Source: Eubacteriales bacterium (GTDB lineage: Bacteria; Bacillota; Clostridia; Christensenellales; CAG-138). Taken from it: a stretch of 64,000 nucleotides of DNA. The translations under genes and the position numbers were made by a program. Numbering within the stretch: position 1 is the stretch's first letter; each line of letters begins with the position of its first letter. Where the stretch lies: assembly GCA_035446965.1 (NCBI GenBank), contig DAOTGE010000003.1, positions 22,574 to 86,573 of the forward strand, given 5' to 3'. The notes below the pieces were generated by a model. That model searched no databases, was not told the DNA's origin, and saw only the letters and a program-made list of their open reading frames with translations. Shown here in pieces: positions 1 to 9,068 of this stretch.

Positions 1-1
1 C

Positions 2-1513
2 ACCGTTCCGGCGTATTTCACGGACGCGCAGCGCCAGGCAACCAAGGACGCCGGCCGCATCGCGGGACTGGAAGTTCTCCGCATCATCAACGAGCCGACG
101 GCGGCCGCGCTGGCATACGGCATGGATAAAGAAAACAACCAGAAGATCCTGGTCTACGACCTTGGCGGCGGCACGTTCGACGTTTCCATTCTGGAAATCG
201 GCGACGGCGTGTTCCAGGTCATGGCGACCGCAGGCAACAACCGCCTCGGCGGCGACGACTTCGATCAGCTGATCATCGACTATATTGCCGAGAGCTTCAA
301 GCGCGACAACGGCATCGACCTGCGGCAGGACAAGATGGCGCTCCAGCGCTTGAAGGACGCCGCGGAAAAGGCGAAGATCGAACTTTCGGGCGTGGCGCAG
401 ACCACGATCAACCTGCCGTTCATCACGATGGACAAGTCGGGGCCGAAGCATCTCGACATCACGATTACGCGCGCAAAGTTCAACGACCTGATTTCCGATC
501 TGGTCGACCAGACCAGAACGCTGATGCAGAAGTGCCTCAGCGACGCGGGTCTCTCCGCTTCTCAGGTGGACAAGGTCATCCTCGTCGGCGGTTCTTCGCG
601 TATCCCGCTGGTGCAGGAAGTGGTCAAGAAGATCACCGGCAAAGAGCCCTTCAAAGGCATTAACCCGGACGAATGCGTCGCCATCGGCGCGGCCATTCAG
701 GGCGGCGTGCTCGGCGGCGAGGTCAAGGACATCCTGCTTCTGGACGTCACGCCTCTTTCGCTCGGCATCGAGACCGTCGGCGGCGTGTTTACGCGCCTGA
801 TCGACCGCAACACCACCATCCCGACCAAGAAGAGCCAGATTTTCTCGACCGCGGCGGATGGGCAGACCAGCGTTGAAGTCCACGTGCTCCAGGGCGAGCG
901 CGAGATGGCGCAGTACAATAAATCGCTTGGCCGTTTCCAGCTTACGGGCATTGCGCCCGCGCCGCGCGGCGTACCGCAGATTGAGGTTTCCTTCGATATC
1001 GACGCAAACGGCATCGTGCACGTTTCGGCCAAGGACCTTGGCACGGGCAACGAGCAGCAGGTGACCATCACCGCTTCGAGCAACCTCAACGAGGAGGAAA
1101 TCAAGCGCGCCGTCTCCGATGCGGAGAAATTCGCTGACGAAGACAAGAAGCGCAAGGACGAAGTGGAAGTGCGCAACCATGCCGATCAGCTCGTTTACAC
1201 CACCGAACGCTCCATGCGCGAAATGGGCGACAAGATCGACGCCGCGGGCAAGGACGAGGTTGAAAAGGCCGTTGCGGACCTGAAAAAGACGCTTGAAGGC
1301 AGCGACATCGAGATGATTAAAACCGGCAGCGAGCATCTCACCGAGGTGAGCTACCGCGTGTTTGGCAAGGTCTACGAACAGCAGGCTGCACAGCAGCAGG
1401 CGTCCCAGCAGGCCGGGGGTCCGCAGCAGGGACCGGCGGACGAGCCGCAGGATGCGCCGCAGGACGACGTGGTCGACGCGGATTATGAAGTTGTCGACGA
1501 CGACAAGCAATAA
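2..1513 (+). CDS. dnaK: Molecular chaperone DnaK (Hsp70), 5'-truncated by the window edge
   Basis: Frame 2 is open from the window edge: [40 protein letters not shown] precedes the listed Met at 122. Hsp70 signatures [10 protein letters not shown] and [11 protein letters not shown] are present. The C-terminal tail is Q/D/E-rich, and dnaJ follows. Confidence 0.97.
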   Translation, partial: TVPAYFTDAQRQATKDAGRIAGLEVLRIINEPTAAALAYGMDKENNQKILVYDLGGGTFDVSILEIGDGVFQVMATAGNNRLGGDDFDQLIIDYIAESFKRDNGIDLRQDKMALQRLKDAAEKAKIELSGVAQTTINLPFITMDKSGPKHLDITITRAKFNDLISDLVDQTRTLMQKCLSDAGLSASQVDKVILVGGSSRIPLVQEVVKKITGKEPFKGINPDECVAIGAAIQGGVLGGEVKDILLLDVTPLSLGIETVGGVFTRLIDRNTTIPTKKSQIFSTAADGQTSVEVHVLQGEREMAQYNKSLGRFQLTGIAPAPRGVPQIEVSFDIDANGIVHVSAKDLGTGNEQQVTITASSNLNEEEIKRAVSDAEKFADEDKKRKDEVEVRNHADQLVYTTERSMREMGDKIDAAGKDEVEKAVADLKKTLEGSDIEMIKTGSEHLTEVSYRVFGKVYEQQAAQQQASQQAGGPQQGPADEPQDAPQDDVVDADYEVVDDDKQ

Positions 1514-1539
1514 TTCGTCCCGGCAAAAAGAATGATGAA

Positions 1540-1654
1540 AAGGAGGCGCAAGCACTTGCGCCTCCTTGACGAAACGAATGGGTTCGCGTATCTTAATACG
1601 TAGCTACCCGAATGGGGACATAGTTCGGAGGCGCGGTAAAGGCTTTGCGCCTCC
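1540..1654 (+). promoter_or_regulatory. Two related GC-rich stem-loops in the dnaK-dnaJ spacer (possible attenuator or processing/stability element)
   Basis: Hairpin 1 is aaggaggcgcaag..cttgcgcctcctt (1540-1567). Hairpin 2 is ggaggcgc-ggtaaaggctt-gcgcctcc (1627-1654). Both 3' arms share the 13-nt string ttgcgcctccttg. Neither is followed by a clean U-run. Confidence 0.4.
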
Positions 1655-1674
1655 TTGTTGAGAGGTAAGGGGAA

Positions 1675-2823
1675 TTGGCAGACAAACGCGATTATTATGA
1701 AATACTGGGCGTTTCCAAAACCGCGACGGAGAGCGAAATCAAAAGCGCGTTCCGCAAGAAGGCGAAGGAATGCCACCCCGATCTGCATCCAGGCGATAAG
1801 GCGGCGGAGGCGCAGTTCAAGGAACTCAACGAAGCCGCGGAAGTGCTCATCGACCCTGAAAAACGGGCGAAGTACGATCAGTTCGGACATGCGGCGTTCG
1901 ATCCGTCCATGGGCGGGCAGGACCCGTTTGCCGGCGGCGGATTCGGCGGGTTCGGCGATCTTGGCGACATCCTCGGCCAGATGTTTGGCGGCGGATTCGG
2001 GGGCGGATTCGGCGGTTCGGCAAGGAACGGCCCGGTTCCGGGCGACGACATGCGTTACAGCGTGACGATCAGCTTTGAGGAAGCGGCGTTCGGCACGGAA
2101 AAAGAAATTGTAATCCCGCGCGAAGAAACTTGCGCAACCTGCGGCGGAACGGGCGCAAAGCCCGGCACGCAGCCGGTCAAGTGCAAGACCTGCAACGGCA
2201 CGGGCCAGGTGCGTACGCAGCAGAACACGATTCTAGGTTCGTTTACGTCCACGCGGCCTTGCGCCGCCTGCCGCGGTACGGGCAAAGTGATTGAAGACCC
2301 CTGCTCGGATTGTCACGGCACGGGGAGAGTCCGCAGGAACATCAAAAAGAAACTCAAGATCCCCGCTGGGATCGACAACGGACAAATGCTCCGTCTGCCG
2401 GGGCTCGGCAACGCGGGACACAGAGGCGGCCAGAGCGGAGACCTGTATGTGACCATCAGCGTGCGCCCGCATAAGACGTTCGTGCGCAAAGGGCACGACC
2501 TGTACATGGAGATGCCGGTTACGTACACCACGGCGGCGCTCGGCGGCAGCATCACGGTGCAGACGCTGGACGGCAGCGTGAAGTACAACGTCCCAGCCGG
2601 GACGCAGACGGGGTCGACATTCCGGCTGCACGAACAGGGGATCAAGCGCCTGAACGCAAACGGCAAAGGCGATCTGTTCGTCACCGTCAAGGTCGACGTT
2701 CCAAAGCACCTGACGGACGAGCAGAAAACGCTGCTGGAGCAGTTCGCGGCGACGCTCGGCGAGAGCAGTGAAGGCCGCGGCGGACGGCGCGGCGTGTTCA
2801 ACCGCGCAAGCAACAGGAAGTAG
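1675..2823 (+). CDS. dnaJ: Co-chaperone DnaJ (Hsp40)
   Basis: TTG start lies after gagaggtaagggga. J-domain YYEILGV...HPD, a G/F-rich linker and four CxxCxGxG zinc-finger repeats (CATCGGTG, CKTCNGTG, CAACRGTG, CSDCHGTG) are present. Confidence 0.97.
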   Translation: MADKRDYYEILGVSKTATESEIKSAFRKKAKECHPDLHPGDKAAEAQFKELNEAAEVLIDPEKRAKYDQFGHAAFDPSMGGQDPFAGGGFGGFGDLGDILGQMFGGGFGGGFGGSARNGPVPGDDMRYSVTISFEEAAFGTEKEIVIPREETCATCGGTGAKPGTQPVKCKTCNGTGQVRTQQNTILGSFTSTRPCAACRGTGKVIEDPCSDCHGTGRVRRNIKKKLKIPAGIDNGQMLRLPGLGNAGHRGGQSGDLYVTISVRPHKTFVRKGHDLYMEMPVTYTTAALGGSITVQTLDGSVKYNVPAGTQTGSTFRLHEQGIKRLNANGKGDLFVTVKVDVPKHLTDEQKTLLEQFAATLGESSEGRGGRRGVFNRASNRK

Positions 2824-2901
2824 CGTCGCCAAAGCAAGACGAATATCAAAAACGGTTAAACCGCTTTTTGCTGCGATATAAAACAATTCGGGCTGTTTTT
2901 A

Positions 2902-2948
2902 AAACGCGGCGCCGTGCTCCTTAAAGGAACGCAGCGCCGCGTTTTTTT
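2902..2948. terminator. Bidirectional intrinsic terminator between convergent dnaJ and the GNAT gene
   Basis: aacgcggcgc (2902-2911) pairs with gcgccgcgtt (2934-2943). It is followed by a T7 run and preceded by tttttaaaa. Confidence 0.6.
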
Positions 2949-3014
2949 GCAGAAGTTAACCAAATCGCGGCCTGTGCGCAGGCGGCACAGGCGTGGGCGT
3001 CTGGAGACAAACAT

Positions 3015-3536
3015 TCATTTTTGCAGCTCTAACTGGTATACATATTCCGGATAGACAATGTCCGTTCCGCGTTTGCGGAAACTGCCCTCGCGCTCGACAT
3101 GAAAGCCCAGCTTTCGCAGGACGGCGTTGGACGCGGCGTTTTCCTTTGCGACGGAAGCGGTGAACATTCGTCCGCCGTTGCGCGATCCGAAATCGATCAT
3201 TGCTCCGAGCCTTTCCGTTGCGTATCCCTGCCGCCAATACGTTTGATGCACGCAGTATCCCAGATCCCAGCAGGTGCGATCTTCCGACGGAACGATACTG
3301 CAGGTTCCGATACAAGCGCCGGTTTCCTTTGAAACGGCGATAAAAGGGTACCAGCCTTCCTGCGCTTCGATGCCCACGGCAAAATTCAGTTCGTCCTCGT
3401 CCGCTTTTTCCAGCGGCGGGTCGGCCAGATACCGGCCCATTTCGGCATCGAGCCAGATGCCGAGGCAAAACGCACTGTCCTCTTCACGCGTGCTTCGAAG
3501 AATCAGACGCTTGGTTTCAAGATTGTTTGTCGTCAT
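3015..3536 (-). CDS. GNAT family N-acetyltransferase (RimJ/RimL-like)
   Basis: TKRLILR...YWRQGYATE...ASNAVLRKLGF is the typical GNAT motif A/B pattern. The ATG at 3536 (MTTNN) with ggaag upstream is preferred over the TTG at 3554. Confidence 0.85.
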   Translation of the reverse strand: MTTNNLETKRLILRSTREEDSAFCLGIWLDAEMGRYLADPPLEKADEDELNFAVGIEAQEGWYPFIAVSKETGACIGTCSIVPSEDRTCWDLGYCVHQTYWRQGYATERLGAMIDFGSRNGGRMFTASVAKENAASNAVLRKLGFHVEREGSFRKRGTDIVYPEYVYQLELQK

Positions 3537-3612
3537 ATCGGTGCTTCCGTTCAAAATTGGATAGGTGGGATTGGGTTTCGTTCCTGAATGCTAAGGCGAT
3601 TCTGGGCGTTGT

Positions 3613-4824
3613 TTATTCATTTTCAGGTTCGATTGTGACCACGTCTTCTTCGCTTTGCTCCCTGCCGGCGGGCAGGGCGCGGCGATGGGACAGGACGATT
3701 TGCATCGCGAGCGAAACGAGCCCGCTCACAAGCAAAATGATATAGAAACTCACGAGCCGGGAGAGCAGCATGGCCGAAACGACGAGACCGCTTTGGAACA
3801 CCACTTTGAAGATGGAGAGGAACGCGCTTTCGCTCGCGCCCGCGGAACCGGGCAGCGGTAGAAAGCAGACGGCGATGTAAAGCATGGACTGCAGGGCAAG
3901 AAAATCGATTACGCCGTACTCGTGCAAGCCGAACGCGCGGTAGATAAAGTACGGGATGATAAACTGAAGACACAGCTGAAAAATATAAACGAGCAGTTCT
4001 CCGGCGAACAGCAGCGGATGCCGCCGGAATACGCGTGCGCCGTGACGGTAACGCCGGACATATGTGTCCACACGCATGTGTGCTTTTTCCGGGTCCTTAA
4101 CGACCTTGATTTTTGCAAGCATGCGAATGACCCAGTCCGCCGCCTTGCCGACGAAGGTTTTCGAGAACACTGCAAATCCGAGGAAGAGGATCAGCGTGAG
4201 GCTGACCACCACCCCAAAGAGCAAAAACCAGCGGAAAGGACCGATGTTGGCGAGCACGAGCCTCGCACGAAACGGGAACAGCGCCGCGGGCACGAGCAGC
4301 ACGACAAGCTGATAGGCAATGTTGACCAGCAGCAGGGAAAGTGAAGCATAGGAAATATCGACGCCGTATGCACACATATAATACAGCTGCATCGGCTGAC
4401 CGCCGCTGGAGGAAGGCGTGATGGAACTGTAATATTGTCCGATGAATGCAAAACCGATGCTGCGCATCAGAGAAACGCGTTCGCTGTGGAGCGTGCGGAG
4501 CGAAAAATGCAGTGCAACGCCAAGCATCACGATTGAAAGCAGGGAGGCAGCCATCGCAAGGCCAAGCCAAACGGGATTAACGGATTTCACATCCGCCCAA
4601 ACGTCCGAAATGGAGGTATCGTGAAAAATCACGATCATTGTGACCGCGATCAGCGTGATCATCAGCAGCGTGCTTAACAGCCGCCAGTGTTTCTTTTTGT
4701 GGTTTTGTGTATTGGTCTGTGCCGCGCTGCGTTTAACGACGGTTGCATCCGCCTGCGCTTCATCGGTGCCGGTTTTTTCCCTCATGTGTCGTATCATACT
4801 AAATTTGGAAGCAAAATGCCACAT
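3613..4824 (-). CDS. Flippase-like / lysylphosphatidylglycerol-synthase TM-region family membrane protein (UPF0104)
   Basis: About 8 predicted TM helices follow a basic N-terminus (KKKHWRLLSTLLMITLIAV...). Layout and composition resemble the stand-alone MprF N-terminal (LPG_synthase_TM) family. The start codon is uncertain because no clear SD is present. Confidence 0.65.
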   Translation of the reverse strand: MWHFASKFSMIRHMREKTGTDEAQADATVVKRSAAQTNTQNHKKKHWRLLSTLLMITLIAVTMIVIFHDTSISDVWADVKSVNPVWLGLAMAASLLSIVMLGVALHFSLRTLHSERVSLMRSIGFAFIGQYYSSITPSSSGGQPMQLYYMCAYGVDISYASLSLLLVNIAYQLVVLLVPAALFPFRARLVLANIGPFRWFLLFGVVVSLTLILFLGFAVFSKTFVGKAADWVIRMLAKIKVVKDPEKAHMRVDTYVRRYRHGARVFRRHPLLFAGELLVYIFQLCLQFIIPYFIYRAFGLHEYGVIDFLALQSMLYIAVCFLPLPGSAGASESAFLSIFKVVFQSGLVVSAMLLSRLVSFYIILLVSGLVSLAMQIVLSHRRALPAGREQSEEDVVTIEPENE

Positions 4825-4860
4825 TTATGCCATGGATGAATCGTGAAAATACTATGAACT

Positions 4861-4890
4861 AAAAAAGCGGCCGCAAGAAGCCGCAAAAAA
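4861..4890 (-). terminator. Putative terminator of the gntR-MTase-yjbR operon
   Basis: The minus strand reads ttttttgcggcttcttgcggccgctttttt: a short GC stem (gcggc/gccgc) flanked by T6/A6 runs, directly downstream of the yjbR stop. Confidence 0.4.
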
Positions 4891-4916
4891 TGATAAGCAC
4901 GCAGCGATGCGGCCCT

Positions 4917-5279
4917 TCACGCCGGCTCGGAGATCTCCGCCTGTTTCTTTTTCGGAAGGGCGCGAAGCGTTGTTTCATAGGCATTGTCCAGCATCATTCT
5001 TGCCGTATCGTCGGAAACGTCCGTATCCAGAAAAAGCGAACTCCAGTGTGTTTTGTCGGCATAGTAGCCGGGAATAACATCGCCGGGATACTGCCCGCGG
5101 AGGATTTCGGACAGTGCGGGTTCGAGCTTTACGGTCATGAGTGCGCGGCCGTCCTTATATTCGCCAAGCATCAGAAAGATTTTTCCGCCGACGCGGCAAA
5201 GCGTCGCGTTCCATGCGGGTTTGAATTCCTCTGTTACGCCGGGTTTTCCCATGCAGTAAGCGACGATCCAGTCTCTCAT
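4917..5279 (-). CDS. MmcQ/YjbR family DNA-binding protein
   Basis: MRDWIVAYCMGKPGVTEEFKP...VGGKIFLML...LEPALSEILRGQYPGDVIPGYYADKTHWSSL...LPKKK is the characteristic YjbR (DUF419) pattern. GGAG lies 7 nt upstream, and the gene starts 12 nt after the MTase stop. Confidence 0.8.
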   Translation of the reverse strand: MRDWIVAYCMGKPGVTEEFKPAWNATLCRVGGKIFLMLGEYKDGRALMTVKLEPALSEILRGQYPGDVIPGYYADKTHWSSLFLDTDVSDDTARMMLDNAYETTLRALPKKKQAEISEPA

Positions 5280-5291
5280 GACGGTCTCCTT

Positions 5292-6485
5292 TTATTCAAC
5301 GGTGAAAAACGCCTGCCTGCCAAGCATATCGGCGAAGTGGACGACCGGATGTTCGATTTCGTCCAGCGGGAAAAGGACGGGCAGCAGCGGACTGCAGTCT
5401 GTTGCCGCCGGCAGGAAGCGCCCGCCGTCTGCCGAACCGAGCGCGGCGTAGACAAGCGGCTTGCCGTTTTCAAATTCCGCAGCGTCGATCGAGAGCGCTT
5501 TTTTCCCGTGCAGCGTTGTATAGTGGAAGGAAAAGCGAGCGGGTATGTGGTCGGCGGGATAGCAAAGCCGCATTTGGTGCTCGCCCTCGAGCAGTGAAAG
5601 CGCGCTGGAGTTTTGCAGCTGCCGCGCACGCAGCGTATAAAGCGCGAACGGCGAAGAGTCGGACACAAGATAATGCCGGCCGAGCTTGCTTGCGGCGGCG
5701 GCGGTGGTGCCGCTGCCGGAGAAAAGGTCGCAGACCAAATCGCCGGGCCGCGATGAAGCAAGGATTACCCGGCGCAGCAGCGCTTCCGGCTTTTGCGTTG
5801 CATAGCCGACGCGCTCGCGGTCTTTCTGCTGGAGATGTTCGATATCGTCCCATACGTCGCTCGGGAAAACGGGCGTATCTTCGTAATAGGTGTACACTTT
5901 GCCGGCGGAGCGGATCGAAAAGCAAATCCGGCCCTGCTCGTCGATAAAGCGTTTCATATGATTGCGTTTTTCCGGCCCGCGCGGGCGGCCGACCGAATGG
6001 ATGTTGAAATATACGTCCGGGCTTTTCCGGTAAAAAAGGATGGTGTCGTGCTTGCGCGGGTAATAGCGTGTGCTGCGGCCGCCGGATTTATAGCACCAGA
6101 CGATCTCGTTCATGAAATTGCGCGCGCCGAAGATTTCATCCAGCAGAAGCCGCATTTTTGCGTTCATGCGAAAATCGATATGCAGGTAAATCGAGCCGGA
6201 ATCGCATAAAAGTTTATGCGCACCGGTGAGGATGCGCCGCATCCAGGCGATATAGTCCGCTTCACTCATGCGGTCCGAGAACGCCGGCATGGAAACGCTT
6301 TTCTTCCCGGCCCCGAGACGGATGAGGAACGTGTCCCCGGTGCCGAACGGCGGATCAAGGTAAATCAGTTGTACGCGGCCGCCGTATTCGCCGATCAGTT
6401 CGTCGAGCGTGTCCTCCGCTCGGCCGGCGACGAACCGGCCGGGGCCGCCGTTTTGATGCAGTTCTTCGGTGCAGTAAATGCGCAT
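5292..6485 (-). CDS. Site-specific DNA methyltransferase, beta-class (N6-adenine type DPPF), no adjacent restriction enzyme
   Basis: Motif IV LIYLDPPFGTG precedes motif I DLVCDLFSGSGTTAAAA (the beta permutation, PF01555-like: VWCYKSGG, GYATQKPEAL). A ~105-aa extra C-terminal domain is present. The ATG at 6485 (MRIYCTE) follows GGAGGG. The 75 codons further upstream in the ORF track overlap gntR and look spurious. Confidence 0.85.
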   Translation of the reverse strand: MRIYCTEELHQNGGPGRFVAGRAEDTLDELIGEYGGRVQLIYLDPPFGTGDTFLIRLGAGKKSVSMPAFSDRMSEADYIAWMRRILTGAHKLLCDSGSIYLHIDFRMNAKMRLLLDEIFGARNFMNEIVWCYKSGGRSTRYYPRKHDTILFYRKSPDVYFNIHSVGRPRGPEKRNHMKRFIDEQGRICFSIRSAGKVYTYYEDTPVFPSDVWDDIEHLQQKDRERVGYATQKPEALLRRVILASSRPGDLVCDLFSGSGTTAAAASKLGRHYLVSDSSPFALYTLRARQLQNSSALSLLEGEHQMRLCYPADHIPARFSFHYTTLHGKKALSIDAAEFENGKPLVYAALGSADGGRFLPAATDCSPLLPVLFPLDEIEHPVVHFADMLGRQAFFTVE

Positions 6486-6586
6486 GACGGTCCCTCCGCG
6501 ATATTTTTTTTGAGCAAAGCGTCGAGTCTTTTTGAATTGAGAAACTGTAAAGAAGGGATACGATGTCGCGCAGGACAGGAATCGCG

Positions 6587-7255
6587 CTACTTCTTCGTTG
6601 GGCGATACCCCGCGGCGGTCGCCACGTGCGACTCCATATATTCCTTCGCGGCGGACGCGTCGTGGCTTTCGATTGCGTGATAGATTTTTTTGTGTTCGGC
6701 GAGCGAGCATCCGGCGCGGTCTGGAAGCGTAAGAGAACTTTGGCGCGCTTTACGGATATTGTGATGCAAAGACGCCAGAATATGCCGGATCGTGCGGCTG
6801 CCGCTTGCGTCGTAGACGATTTCATGGAAGCGTGAATCGAGCTGGACGAGGTGTTCAACGTCGTTTTTCTGCGTGTAGAACTCCATCAGTTCGACGACTT
6901 CCTTCAGCTCGGAAAGCAGTTCGGGTGTGATGCGCTCCGCCGCCCAGTATGCGGCCTGCCCTTCGAGCAGGTGCCGGATAGTTGAAACGTCCTGCAAATC
7001 CTCGTTGGAAAACCCCTTCACAACGACGCCGCGGTTCGGATGCGAAACCACAAGGTCTTCGAGTTCAAGCTGCTTGAGCGCTTCACGCACGGGCGTGCGG
7101 CTCACGCCGAGTTCCTCGGCAATTTTCATCTCGGTCAGGCAGTCCCCGGTCTGATAACGTCCCTCGGCGATGCCGTCCCGCAGGTTTCGGTATACTTTTT
7201 CAGAAAGAGAAGTATAGTCTCTGGATTCGTAAAAAGAAGACATGGATTTTTTCAC
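6587..7255 (-). CDS. GntR family transcriptional regulator (FadR/FCD subfamily)
   Basis: N-terminal winged HTH LTEMKIAEELGVSRTPVREALKQLELEDLV is followed by an all-helical FCD-like C-terminal domain (FHEIVYDASGSRT...H..I..AI). It is the first gene of the minus-strand operon. Confidence 0.9.
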   Translation of the reverse strand: MKKSMSSFYESRDYTSLSEKVYRNLRDGIAEGRYQTGDCLTEMKIAEELGVSRTPVREALKQLELEDLVVSHPNRGVVVKGFSNEDLQDVSTIRHLLEGQAAYWAAERITPELLSELKEVVELMEFYTQKNDVEHLVQLDSRFHEIVYDASGSRTIRHILASLHHNIRKARQSSLTLPDRAGCSLAEHKKIYHAIESHDASAAKEYMESHVATAAGYRPTKK

Positions 7256-7270
7256 TCCCTTACAGCAAGT

Positions 7271-7336
7271 TTAACGCGTTAAGCAAAGGAATACAAGCGT
7301 TTGTATACAAATATACAATTGGCGTTTTTTGTACAA
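7271..7336. promoter_or_regulatory. Cluster of perfect palindromes / ATACAA half-sites: candidate GntR operator(s) in the gntR-asp23 divergent region
   Basis: Perfect palindromes are TTAACGCGTTAA (7271-7282), TTGTATACAA (7301-7310) and TTGTACAA (7329-7336). (T)ATACAA repeats occur at 7291, 7304 and 7312. The T.GT...AC.A shape fits GntR-family operators. Confidence 0.4.
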
Positions 7337-7461
7337 TTCCGGGCTTTTACTTTGTGGACGGTTCACGGCTCTGCCCAGTGTTTATGCCCGAAAAACGGCG
7401 GATTGACGCAAAGATGTCCAAAACTATTCACGGTGCGGTAACACACGCACGGCTTTGCGTA

Positions 7462-7490
7462 TTTACAGAAAGGGTCCCAACTGATATAAT
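7462..7490 (+). promoter_or_regulatory. Sigma-A-type promoter of the asp23 operon
   Basis: TTTACA (7462-7467), a 17-nt spacer ending in TGa, then TATAAT (7485-7490). It lies about 25 nt upstream of the asp23 RBS. Confidence 0.55.
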
Positions 7491-7513
7491 TTTTTAAAAC
7501 AAGATATGGAGGT

Positions 7514-8026
7514 GTGCATATGTCCGAAGAGAAAAAGACCGGCACCGAGGTATCCGCTGAAAAAGCCGATGGCGGTCGTATTGTATTTGCGGACGACGTA
7601 GTGGCGACCATTGCCGCACTCGCCGTTGCCGATGTGGAAGGCGTTTCCGCCTTGAGCGGCGGGATGGTTGAAGGCATCACCGAAATGCTCGGGAAGAAGA
7701 ACGTTACAAAAGGAATTAAAGTCGAGGTCGGCACGGAAGAAGCCGCCGCCGACATTTCCGTAAGCATTAAATACGGTTACAAAATCAAGGAAGTCTGCGA
7801 AAACATCCAGCTTGCCGTCAAGAACGCGATTGAAACCATGACGGGGCTGAAGGTCGTTGAAATCAATGTTTTTGTACAGAGCGTAACGTTCGAACAGCCG
7901 GAGCCGGAGCCTTCCCGTGCGGAAAAGCGCAAGGCCGCAAAGGAAAAGGAAAAAGAAAAAGAGAAGACCGAAGCGGAAGAGGAAACGAAAGCAATTCCGG
8001 AGCCGGAACCGCCGCGCGTTAAGTAA
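7514..8026 (+). CDS. Asp23/Gls24 family alkaline-shock/envelope stress protein
   Basis: GGRIVFADDVVATIAALAVADVEGV...KVEVG...ISVSIKYGYKI.EVCENIQ.AVKNAIE.MTGL.V..INV.V matches the family. The C-terminal tail is K/E-rich. Confidence 0.9.
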   Translation: MHMSEEKKTGTEVSAEKADGGRIVFADDVVATIAALAVADVEGVSALSGGMVEGITEMLGKKNVTKGIKVEVGTEEAAADISVSIKYGYKIKEVCENIQLAVKNAIETMTGLKVVEINVFVQSVTFEQPEPEPSRAEKRKAAKEKEKEKEKTEAEEETKAIPEPEPPRVK

Positions 8027-8186
8027 AAAAAAGAATACGCTGCTTAGCGGGCGGACTGTTTTCCGCCCGCTTTAACAGGAACAGGCGTAAAAGAGGCCGC
8101 TTTGCAGGAAAAACGGCCGGATTATTACCGGACGGACCGGCTTGCCGCCGGTTTGCAGGGGAACTCAAAAGAAGGGGTCTATACTT

Positions 8187-8762
8187 ATGAGGCTAAAAGT
8201 ATTCGATCGGATTTTGCTTGGCATACTGCTTATCGTCGCAATTGTCGCGTCGTTTGTGCTCTTTGCCATGGCGGCGAACATCCTTACGGAGAACGTTGTA
8301 ACAAGCTTCATCGGGCTTTTCTATATGTTCAAAGAAAACGCGATGATCCTTGCCGGGTGCGGACTTGTTCTGCTTCTGATCAGCATTAAGCTCCTGTTTG
8401 CAGGGCGCGGTCAAAAGGCCGAAAAGCGTCCGGCTTCCGCTCTCATGCGGCAGACGGAATTCGGCGGCACGTTTATTGCGCTGGAAGCGCTCGATACAAT
8501 GGTGCAGAAGCACTGCCGTGCGCAGCAGCGTGTGCGCGACTGCCACACGACGCTGCATTCTTCCGAGACCGGTGTAACCATCGGCATCCGCCTTTCCGTT
8601 TTGCCGGACACGGACGTTGTGACGCTTACGTCCGAACTGCAGAAGTCACTGAAGGAATATGTGGAAGGCCTGACGGGCATCCAGATCAGCGAGATCGGCA
8701 TTTTGATTGAAAATGCATCGGCGGCGCCCGCGCAGACGGCGTCCGTTGCGCGTGTGGAATAG
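8187..8762 (+). CDS. amaP: Alkaline shock response membrane anchor protein AmaP
   Basis: The ATG at 8187 follows gaagggg. An N-terminal double TM (MRLKVFDRILLGILLIVAIVA...) is followed by an Asp23-like soluble part. Its position after asp23 is conserved. Confidence 0.75.
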   Translation: MRLKVFDRILLGILLIVAIVASFVLFAMAANILTENVVTSFIGLFYMFKENAMILAGCGLVLLLISIKLLFAGRGQKAEKRPASALMRQTEFGGTFIALEALDTMVQKHCRAQQRVRDCHTTLHSSETGVTIGIRLSVLPDTDVVTLTSELQKSLKEYVEGLTGIQISEIGILIENASAAPAQTASVARVE

Positions 8763-8775
8763 GGGAGAGGCAAAG

Positions 8776-9003
8776 ATGGAAGACGGGTTTGAGGCGTTCT
8801 TGCAGAAACATAAATTTACGATCCTGTTTGTGCTGATCGGGCTGATTCTTATGATTCTGTTCTTCACGATCGGATTCTGGAAGACAATTTTGCTGGCACT
8901 GATTTTGGTGCTGTGTTTCTTTGTCGGGTATCTGCTCGACAGAGGCGGTCCGGAAGGATTCCGTGCATTTTTCGGACAGCTGTTTAAAAAGAAAGAAAAG
9001 TAA
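8776..9003 (+). CDS. DUF2273 small integral membrane protein
   Basis: A 75-aa, two-TM protein (FTILFVLIGLILMILFFTIGFWKTILLALILVLCFFVGYLLD), third member of the asp23-amaP-DUF2273 trio. The ATG at 8776 follows aggggagagg. Confidence 0.7.
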   Translation: MEDGFEAFLQKHKFTILFVLIGLILMILFFTIGFWKTILLALILVLCFFVGYLLDRGGPEGFRAFFGQLFKKKEK

Positions 9004-9068
9004 TAAGCATTCCGGCACAAAGGCCGGCGGGCAATATTAAGAAACGATAAGGTCAGGAATCAGGAAAC

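Noticed and set aside
6486-6710. A 75-codon N-terminal extension of the methyltransferase ORF in the track.
   Set aside because: The extension overlaps the 3' end of gntR in another frame and is highly basic and motif-free. The internal ATG at 6485 has a GGAGGG RBS and begins just ahead of the conserved methyltransferase core.
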